Source: Candidatus Berkelbacteria bacterium (GTDB taxonomy: Bacteria; Patescibacteriota; UBA1384; JACPKC01). From it: a DNA stretch of 64,000 nt. Position numbers and translations under genes: made by a program. This document shows positions 18,992 to 25,847 of this stretch, piece by piece. The DNA is taken from positions 156,590 to 220,589 of the forward strand of contig JACPKC010000010.1 of NCBI GenBank assembly GCA_016187225.1. Reading direction: 5' to 3'. The stretch's first letter is position 1, and the number at the start of each line of letters is the position of its first letter. The notes below the pieces were generated by a model. The model was given only the letters and a program-made list of their open reading frames with translations, was not told the DNA's origin and did no database searches.

Positions 18992-19020
18992 AATTATACA
19001 CGAACAAAAGCCGAACAAAT
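18992..19020 (-). promoter_or_regulatory. Putative dinB promoter (-10 TATAAT) overlapping a GTTC-N7-GTTC candidate LexA operator
   Basis: Minus strand reads TTTGTTCGGCTTTTGTTCGTGTATAAT. The plus strand reads GAAC(19002-05)-N7-GAAC(19013-16). Confidence 0.5.
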
Positions 19021-19021
19021 T

Positions 19022-19942
19022 GTGGAACTAATTTTGGTCGGCGTTGCCGTGGGGATGTTCTTCTTTGGGATGGGGATGACCAGGCGAGAGTCTGGGGCTT
19101 CGATCAAAAATAAGACTCCGATCAAAAAAGATCTACAGGGTGCCAAGATTGGTGTTGCCTGCATTGAGCCGAATGGCTCGGTTCACGACCTCGAGGCCGA
19201 GGTGATCAATGCCGTCCTGGGGAATGGCGGACACTGTGTGGCCACCAATCGAAAACGAGTGCATGAGCTCATGAAGGGGCTCGACGTTACCGACGGTGGT
19301 GGCCGAATAGTTAATGCCGATCTACTGATCGCCGGCATTGTTACCGAGCAGACCGAGGAGCTCCAACTTGGGGGAGCGGCGACTTATACCCAGGAATTTA
19401 TTGCTTGGGTATTCCACCACTATCCGCGGGCGCTGGACAGGTATCAGTACTTCAAATCTGATTACGAAATTGGTGGTGACAGCAGGTGGAAACCATACCC
19501 GGAAATGGATCTCAAAAAGATCCAGGCACAGTACCAGAAACAGATGCAGGTACAAACCACTGTCTGGAGTGCTCGCAAGCAGTCCCGTCGAACCGTCACC
19601 GTCGATTTTCGTTGCTTTAGCGCCTATGGCGAGGTAATGGGCGCCGGAGTTCTGACGGAGACTGTCAAGAATGCTGACAGCCCAGCGAGCCTGCTGACGC
19701 TCGCCCAGCAGATCGTCGCCCGGTTGCACGTCCACCGGTCGGAAGCGGAGCTCGAGCTCTGGTACGGCGACGCCCGAGCTGCCGCCATTCATCGGCCGAT
19801 CGTGCCACTCGCACCACCCCAGCTCCCGACGAGCTCCAGCCACGTTGAAGAGCAGGCTCCTCCTGCTCCATGGCGTGAAGAACAACCGGAGGGATCACTG
19901 CTCTGCGACTATCGCACCAAGCGGATAGGGGTGGACGACTAG
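19022..19942 (+). CDS. Hypothetical protein A of the GC-rich island, possible N-terminal TM helix; start uncertain (GTG 19022 or ATG 19055)
   Basis: Long ORF in the only open frame. Hydrophobic N-terminus ILVGVAVGMFFFGMGM. Ends 15 nt before a strong terminator. No recognised domain. Confidence 0.45.
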   Translation: MELILVGVAVGMFFFGMGMTRRESGASIKNKTPIKKDLQGAKIGVACIEPNGSVHDLEAEVINAVLGNGGHCVATNRKRVHELMKGLDVTDGGGRIVNADLLIAGIVTEQTEELQLGGAATYTQEFIAWVFHHYPRALDRYQYFKSDYEIGGDSRWKPYPEMDLKKIQAQYQKQMQVQTTVWSARKQSRRTVTVDFRCFSAYGEVMGAGVLTETVKNADSPASLLTLAQQIVARLHVHRSEAELELWYGDARAAAIHRPIVPLAPPQLPTSSSHVEEQAPPAPWREEQPEGSLLCDYRTKRIGVDD

Positions 19943-19956
19943 AAGACGGGTTTGAA

Positions 19957-19983
19957 ATGCGGCCCACCCGGGCCGCATTTTTT
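19957..19983 (+). terminator. Strong rho-independent terminator after island gene A
   Basis: ATGCGGCCC-ACCC-GGGCCGCAT 9-bp GC stem followed by TTTTT. Confidence 0.8.
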
Positions 19984-20139
19984 ATTGCTGAATATTTTTG
20001 AGACCATTGAAAAAAGTGTTCATGTTCTAACTTGTCGAGAACTATTCATTACGAGTTTCTCCACCAAAAGGTCCAGGTATAGTCCTTAGTTCTTTTACAG
20101 ATGTTTCCCAGGGACATTAAACGAAGGAGGGTGATGACG

Positions 20140-20442
20140 ATGTCGACCCCATCGATCACGCCTATGAATACAACCCCGAATGAATTTGCCGATGAACGAG
20201 TGAGACCGCATGCGGACTTCGTTTACGACTCAAACACTTTGCCAACTCTCAATAAGCAGGAGAAGAATCTCCGCAAAGTCCTGGGAATGAAGAAAAGTGC
20301 CCAGATAGTCCGGATTCCGTGGCAAGTTGAGATACCTGCCGAGGCCGATGGCCTCATGCTGGTTTCCTCGCTTTCCGATCTCGGCAAAGTGTTTGGTCTT
20401 AATGACCCGCTCGGTGAGAATTACGGCCCACTCTGTATTTAG
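20140..20442 (+). CDS. Hypothetical protein B of the island (about 100 aa)
   Basis: AGGAGG RBS 9 nt upstream of the ATG at 20140; elevated GC; no recognised domain. Confidence 0.45.
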   Translation: MSTPSITPMNTTPNEFADERVRPHADFVYDSNTLPTLNKQEKNLRKVLGMKKSAQIVRIPWQVEIPAEADGLMLVSSLSDLGKVFGLNDPLGENYGPLCI

Positions 20443-20445
20443 ATT

Positions 20446-20916
20446 GTGGAGCGAGTCGGGAAGTCCCGGCAACCCTTTGCCAACTACTGCTACTGCGAGG
20501 ATGTATTTTTCAGAGAGCGCATTCGTCTTCACACCGACGTCCGTAGCCGCTGGGAAACACTTGAGGAAAAACACTCAGTGGAACAACTCCGGCTGTTTGA
20601 GCTCCCGGTCTCAACCGGCAGATTATACCAAGGCTACTCACCCCGAAACGCTCGGCAGGACGCCTTCATAAAAGGTCAGTTGTCACTTGATCCGGCCACA
20701 GGCGTCTGTGTTCTTGCGGCTTGGCCGAACCGACTGACTCGTTATCCGGAAACCTTTATGGATTTTCCAGGTGCGGAATACGCGCCGTGCGCTGACGGCG
20801 ACTTCGTCCATGTCCTGTCTTTCAGCTGGGAAGCTGGCGATTCTTGGCTTCGCTCCGTCCGGGCCGAGTTTGTCTTCGGATGCTATGGGTCCGCCGTGGT
20901 GTTCCTCCCGGAGTGA
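20446..20916 (+). CDS. Hypothetical protein C of the island (156 aa), translationally coupled to B
   Basis: The GTG start lies 3 nt after the stop of B; elevated GC; no recognised domain. Confidence 0.45.
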   Translation: MERVGKSRQPFANYCYCEDVFFRERIRLHTDVRSRWETLEEKHSVEQLRLFELPVSTGRLYQGYSPRNARQDAFIKGQLSLDPATGVCVLAAWPNRLTRYPETFMDFPGAEYAPCADGDFVHVLSFSWEAGDSWLRSVRAEFVFGCYGSAVVFLPE

Positions 20917-20973
20917 TATCCCTGGGGACTTGAGGCCTTGGTGTCTTTTGTTCCCCTGGAACACGTTCAGGAG

Positions 20974-21014
20974 ATTGGGAGTGGATTGGATGTTACCCGT
21001 CCCGTCCACTCCTT
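20974..21014 (+). terminator. Rho-independent terminator after island genes B-C
   Basis: GGAGTGGA...TCCACTCC stem followed by TTTTTTATT. Confidence 0.7.
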
Positions 21015-21016
21015 TT

Positions 21017-21496
21017 TTATTGCCGTAAGTGGGCGAGAGCAATGCCGTAGGCCACGGTTACATTGAGCGATTCTTTTATGCCGAGCATGGGAATTTGGAT
21101 AGTCTGATTAGCTAATTTAAGCGCTCCTTCAGAGACGCCGTAAAGTTCATGACCAACAACAAGCGCGATAGGCGCGTTGCTTGGTGGCGAATACGTAGTA
21201 ATAGATAGCGCTGTCGGGGCTTGTTCAAGAGCGAGGATAAACAAACCATCTCGTTTTAGTTCTCTTATCACCTCGATTGCCTGTGGCGCATACGACCACG
21301 GCACAGTTTGTTCGGCGCCAAGCGAGGTCTTTGTGATTTGAGCTCTCTGCTTTGCTTCGGCCGGCGTTCCAGTGAGGCCGCATAAATACAGATGCTCGAT
21401 CGCAAACGCATCACTGGTTCGAAAAATACTCCCAACGTTGTAGAGACTCCGAATATTGTCGAGCACCGCAATAATTCGAGATTGGCGCTTAATCAT
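21017..21496 (-). CDS. SpoU/TrmH-family RNA 2-prime-O-methyltransferase
   Basis: SPOUT fold motifs IIAVLDNIRSLYNVGSIFRTSDAF ... ALVVGHELYGVS ... NVTVAYGIAL. Confidence 0.8.
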   Translation of the reverse strand: MIKRQSRIIAVLDNIRSLYNVGSIFRTSDAFAIEHLYLCGLTGTPAEAKQRAQITKTSLGAEQTVPWSYAPQAIEVIRELKRDGLFILALEQAPTALSITTYSPPSNAPIALVVGHELYGVSEGALKLANQTIQIPMLGIKESLNVTVAYGIALAHLRQ

Positions 21497-22957
21497 TTAT
21501 ATCAATTTGCGTTCATCTGGTGTGACATCAATACTGTCTGGGTGTCTATTCTTTTTGATAAGCGGAGTTCTTTTATTCCGTTCACACAACCGGTCGGCAA
21601 GTTCTGGCGAGACATACCAAATAATCTTCTGCTTGTCGTAATTGTAGTATTTTTTCTTTTCTTCGTTTGGATGGGTCACTTCTTGGTCCGCCCAAGCGGC
21701 AAGAACGTTGTAAGCGCGTCCAGATTCCTCTGCCAGATCAATTAATGCAATCCAATCAGTTGGCGCCACCTCTTTGTAAAGAATCTCTGCCCGAAGTCGA
21801 GGATTCTCGCGCATTGCATCAATATCAAGAATTGCCTTGGGTGAGCAATAGTAGCCGATTCGGAAACCTTGTCGAACTTGTCGTGAGATAAATTTTCCAG
21901 CCCCAGGATGATTAACCCGTTGGATTTTTCGGAAATACTGCTGTGCCGTTGAGGTTGATATGTTTCGGTCACTAGCATACTCATATGCATTGATCCAACC
22001 TGTTGGCGGTGACCCAAGTTTGCGCATGCTTTCAATCTGTTTTTCGATTATTTTAACTAGTTCAGGCGCAATAAAATCCGCCTGGCTCCGCCCTCGGCCA
22101 CCCAATGGTCTTTGGATGCGAAAGCGTTTAAGCCAATCTGGATTTTCAACGAGGTTCTTTGCTATCCAGTGCCGGATCGTGCCCGGATCAAGATTATAGT
22201 GAGTCGCCAATTCACTTAACTGACGCCAACCTGCTGGCGATTCATCTGAAATTTTTTGGCGAGGTGACTGAAGGCTTGGCATCTCTGTGCGTTCGAGTGT
22301 CTCCACGACGGTTTTTTTCCACGTTTCAGGATCACTCGTATAGGAGATGCGACTCGTTGGGAACAGTGTGCCTAAATCATCCTTTGTTGTTTCCAAAATT
22401 GAATTAATAGCTTCTTCCCGCACTCCATAAACCACAAATGTTGCATTTCCTTCTTCATTGCAAATTAGAATAAGTTGGTTTTTGTCGGGCAGAAAAAAGG
22501 CGACATACGGCTGTTTGCGTATTTGAGTCGATTCAACTCTGCCGATTTTAACATCATAGTTAAGATTAAGATTGCTTAGAACTTCAATGAGATAAAGTGT
22601 TCTTGGAATAATTTGCTTCCCCCCATTATTGTTTCCGCTCTCTCCTGATTGAATAGCGCCCATCTCGCTAGGCGGTAGAATCACCTCATCAATTTGATCC
22701 CAGTGTTCAGGTAGCTTGAATTCGTTGTCGGTTTTAAGCGTGTGTTCTATAAAACCTTGAACGTCAAAACTGATAATCTCCCCGGCCTGTCGATTTTTGG
22801 ATAGTGTTCGTCGAATAAAAGATTGCGCATTTAGAATCTCGGCCAGAGTTTGCACATCTGTATATTTGGTAAGAAGCTCATGAATTTTGCGTTGAAGTTC
22901 GGCTTTTTGTAATTCAGGGCGTGCTTCGTGATTTGACCCTTGTGCTTCCTCCAGCAT
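21497..22957 (-). CDS. Hypothetical 486-aa protein, start/stop-coupled between hisS and the SpoU methyltransferase
   Basis: Long ORF with no recognised domain. It lies 3 nt downstream of hisS, and its stop abuts the methyltransferase start. Confidence 0.6.
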   Translation of the reverse strand: MLEEAQGSNHEARPELQKAELQRKIHELLTKYTDVQTLAEILNAQSFIRRTLSKNRQAGEIISFDVQGFIEHTLKTDNEFKLPEHWDQIDEVILPPSEMGAIQSGESGNNNGGKQIIPRTLYLIEVLSNLNLNYDVKIGRVESTQIRKQPYVAFFLPDKNQLILICNEEGNATFVVYGVREEAINSILETTKDDLGTLFPTSRISYTSDPETWKKTVVETLERTEMPSLQSPRQKISDESPAGWRQLSELATHYNLDPGTIRHWIAKNLVENPDWLKRFRIQRPLGGRGRSQADFIAPELVKIIEKQIESMRKLGSPPTGWINAYEYASDRNISTSTAQQYFRKIQRVNHPGAGKFISRQVRQGFRIGYYCSPKAILDIDAMRENPRLRAEILYKEVAPTDWIALIDLAEESGRAYNVLAAWADQEVTHPNEEKKKYYNYDKQKIIWYVSPELADRLCERNKRTPLIKKNRHPDSIDVTPDERKLI

Positions 22958-22960
22958 TGG

Positions 22961-24283
22961 TTAGCTTTCATTGAGTTCGGCGAGACGTTTTTCAATTACA
23001 GATTCGACATCGTCGAAGTGAACTGTTTCTTGGGTGCCGTCGCTCATCATGCGGACGATAATCGTATCGTCGATTGCCTCGCGTTCACCAACAATCAATG
23101 CCAATCGGGCGCCCATTTTATCGGCGCTTTTGAGTTGGGCTTTCAAGCTCTCTTTGCCAAGCGCCATTGAAGCAGCCAAGCCTTTTTTCCCTAAGCTCAC
23201 CAAAAGCGGGATCGCCTTCTTTTTCGCTCGATCGCCCAATTGAATAATCAGAATTTCTGCGCCTGCTTTTTCGATTATTGGAATTTTTTTCTCAACTAAT
23301 TTTTCAATCAAACGTTCGAGGCCAATGCCAAACCCAAAAGCGGGTGTTGCTAATCCGCCCAGTGATTCCACCAAAGTATCGTATCGCCCGCCGCCGCCGA
23401 GCGAGGCTTGGCGGTGAGTGTCGTTTCGGTCACGGATTTCAAAGACGGTGCGCGTGTAATAATCCAGGCCGCGCACTAGAAACGGGTTGAGTTCGTAAGG
23501 CACTCCAGCGCTGTCAAGATACTCAAGGACAAGCATGAAATGTTGACGAGAGGCATCATCGAGGGAATCCACAATTTGTGGCGCCGTTTCTCTATAGGGC
23601 TGACACTGCTCTTCTTTGCAATCGACTAGGCGGAGGGGATTAACCTTAAAACGTCGCTGACAGTTGGCGCAAAGTTTTGGCAAGAGTGGCTGATAATATT
23701 CGTGTAAGACAGTGCGAATTTGTTCGCGTGAAGCGCTGTCGCCGATCGAGTTGAGCTCAATCACCGCGCCTTGATCGAGTTCGAGATCTTGCAGAATTTG
23801 CCAGAGAGCCAAAATTGTCATGGCATCGGTGAGGGGTTCGCCATCGCCGAGTACCTCAACATTTAGCTGGGTATGCTGACGATAGCGCCCTTTTTGCGGT
23901 CGGTCATAGCGAAAAATCGGCATGAATGAAAAAAGTTTAACTGGTTGAGGCCAAGTATGCATCCCGTTTTCAATATAGGCGCGAACGATGCCAGCTGTAC
24001 CTTCGGGACGCAAGACTAGTTCCGGTGTCTGGTTTGGAGTGTTCTGTTCAGTTTGATGAGTGCCGAGACGGACAACGCCGAACAGCTCTTTTTCAATTAG
24101 ATCGGAACTTGTCCCGACGCCTCGAACAAAGAGATCTTTTGCTTCGATAATTGGAGTATCGATGCGTTGAAAACCGAAACTCCGCAAGCGATTAGTGGCA
24201 ATAGTCTGAATTTTTGTCCAGTACTTTTGTTCTGTTGGTAGAACATCGCGCATCCCGCGAGCAATTTGAATCGATTGAGGCAT
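22961..24283 (-). CDS. hisS: Histidyl-tRNA synthetase
   Basis: Class II aaRS motifs (RGMRDVLP, LRPEGTAGIVRA, GGGRYD) and a C-terminal anticodon-binding domain. Confidence 0.9.
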   Translation of the reverse strand: MPQSIQIARGMRDVLPTEQKYWTKIQTIATNRLRSFGFQRIDTPIIEAKDLFVRGVGTSSDLIEKELFGVVRLGTHQTEQNTPNQTPELVLRPEGTAGIVRAYIENGMHTWPQPVKLFSFMPIFRYDRPQKGRYRQHTQLNVEVLGDGEPLTDAMTILALWQILQDLELDQGAVIELNSIGDSASREQIRTVLHEYYQPLLPKLCANCQRRFKVNPLRLVDCKEEQCQPYRETAPQIVDSLDDASRQHFMLVLEYLDSAGVPYELNPFLVRGLDYYTRTVFEIRDRNDTHRQASLGGGGRYDTLVESLGGLATPAFGFGIGLERLIEKLVEKKIPIIEKAGAEILIIQLGDRAKKKAIPLLVSLGKKGLAASMALGKESLKAQLKSADKMGARLALIVGEREAIDDTIIVRMMSDGTQETVHFDDVESVIEKRLAELNES

Positions 24284-24353
24284 TCATTACTCCTTATATA
24301 CAGGAGAATGCTAGCATCTTTTCAGATGAAGAGCAAAGCCTTCCACTTTCTAA

Positions 24354-25847
24354 TCACGAAATTCCGAAGCGGCTTTTAATACTGGTACGAGCCTTTTGCG
24401 TTTTTGCAAAACGGAGCCAATCGCGTTTCGGCCCTTGCGGTTTTTTGGTCACTAAAATTTCTACAATGTCGCCATTTTTAAGTTCAGTATCAAGCGGTTT
24501 GAGACGGTCGTTGATTTTGGCGCCTGTACAGTTATCGCCGATGTCGGAGTGAATTGCGTAAGCAAAATCGATTGGCGTACTTTGGACTGGCAAAGTAATC
24601 ACATCGCCAAGAGGAGTAAAAACAAAGATTTGATCACGAAAAAATTCCAGTCGGAGCATGGCCTGAAGCTCCTTGGGGTCCTTCAAGGTTTGTTGCCATT
24701 TATGCAAATCTGCCAGCCAGCTGGGTCGTGGTAAAACATCGTCTTTTTTTGATTTGTGCTCGGTGTAGTGCCAGTGGGCGGCAATCCCCCACTCTGCTTG
24801 CTCGTGCATTAATGGGGTGCGAATCTGAATCTCGGTAATCTCGCCGTCGACGCCAAAAACCGTACTGTGTAATGATTGATAACCATTCGGTTTTGGAGTT
24901 GCAATATAATCTTTAATCCGACCAAGAAGAGGATTCCAGCGGCTGTGGATCAGTCCGAGAACTTGGTAACAATCAGCAGGTGTTGGCACAATAATGCGAA
25001 TTGCGATTAAATCATAGATCTTGCTTAAGTCGCCTTGGTAACGTTGGAGTTTTTGCCACAGGCTGTACTCATGCTTAACGCGACCGTGAATATCAAGCAT
25101 CTTGATGTGCTCCGATTCCAGATATTGCTTCAAAGTGCGCTGAAAACGCACGATGTACTGATCGCGCTCGCGGATTCGTTCGCCTAGTTGATCGCGCAGA
25201 AATTTGTGTTCTTTAGGATAAACATAAGGAAAAGCTAAATCCTCCAGTCGACCTTTGATGTCGCCCATTCCGAGGCGGTAGGCGAGCGGCGCATAAATTT
25301 CAAGTGTTTCTTGAGCGATTCGGGCTCGTTTATCGGGGCGGACAGCGTGAAGTGTTTCCATATTGTGAAGCCGATCGGCAAGTTTAATAAGAATCACTCG
25401 GATGTCATCAGTCATTGCAAGTAACATCTTGCGCAATGATTCCACTTGGCGCTCAAACGCTACTCGCTCCTCCTCTCGGCGCAAAAGAAAAGCCGGCAGA
25501 AAACGGCCGGTTTTTTTAAGACGAACGCGGGCGAGTTTTGTAACCCCGCTTACGAGTTTGGCGATCCCAGGTCCAAATCGGCGTTCGATTTGTTCGGCGG
25601 CGATGCTCGTGTCTTCGAGAACATCATGCAAAAGCGCCGCGGCTATAGTTTCAACATCGAGTTCAAGTTTAGCCAAAAAAAGCGCGATTCTGACTGGATG
25701 AGTTAAATACGTTTCACCACTTTCTCGCTTGATGCCCCGATGCGCCTCCTCGGCATATTGGTATGCTCGTTCAACTAAGGCCCGATCTTCTTCATTCATG
25801 TAAGATCGAATTGTCTCCTTAAGTTGTAAGTACTCTTTGTCGTGCAT
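24354..25847 (-). CDS. rel: Bifunctional (p)ppGpp synthetase/hydrolase Rel, short form (HD, RelA/SpoT synthetase, TGS; no ACT)
   Basis: HD motif LLHDVLEDT, synthetase domain, and TGS (GDIVEILV); 497 aa. Confidence 0.85.
   Translation of the reverse strand: MHDKEYLQLKETIRSYMNEEDRALVERAYQYAEEAHRGIKRESGETYLTHPVRIALFLAKLELDVETIAAALLHDVLEDTSIAAEQIERRFGPGIAKLVSGVTKLARVRLKKTGRFLPAFLLRREEERVAFERQVESLRKMLLAMTDDIRVILIKLADRLHNMETLHAVRPDKRARIAQETLEIYAPLAYRLGMGDIKGRLEDLAFPYVYPKEHKFLRDQLGERIRERDQYIVRFQRTLKQYLESEHIKMLDIHGRVKHEYSLWQKLQRYQGDLSKIYDLIAIRIIVPTPADCYQVLGLIHSRWNPLLGRIKDYIATPKPNGYQSLHSTVFGVDGEITEIQIRTPLMHEQAEWGIAAHWHYTEHKSKKDDVLPRPSWLADLHKWQQTLKDPKELQAMLRLEFFRDQIFVFTPLGDVITLPVQSTPIDFAYAIHSDIGDNCTGAKINDRLKPLDTELKNGDIVEILVTKKPQGPKRDWLRFAKTQKARTSIKSRFGIS

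Noticed and set aside
17600-19020. Canonical Cheo box (CGAACnnnnGTTCG) or E. coli-type SOS box (CTGT-N8-ACAG) at lexA/dinB
   Set aside because: Neither palindrome is present. Only the non-palindromic CGAACAAAARCCG motif is shared by the two promoters.
18701-19021. N-terminal extension of island ORF A back to 18701
   Set aside because: The extension runs antisense through the 5-prime end and promoter of dinB. The likely start is GTG 19022 or ATG 19055, after the dinB start.
19322-19967. Minus-strand ORFs of 187 and 100 codons inside island gene A
   Set aside because: Antisense ORFs are expected by chance in GC-rich DNA. The plus-strand frame is far longer, ends at a terminator, and is followed by RBS-equipped genes on the same strand.
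25819-25847. 29-nt overlap between rel and clpC treated as a frameshift or pseudogene
   Set aside because: Both ORFs are full length with intact motifs. Out-of-frame overlaps are common in this compact window; alternatively rel may start at a downstream Met.
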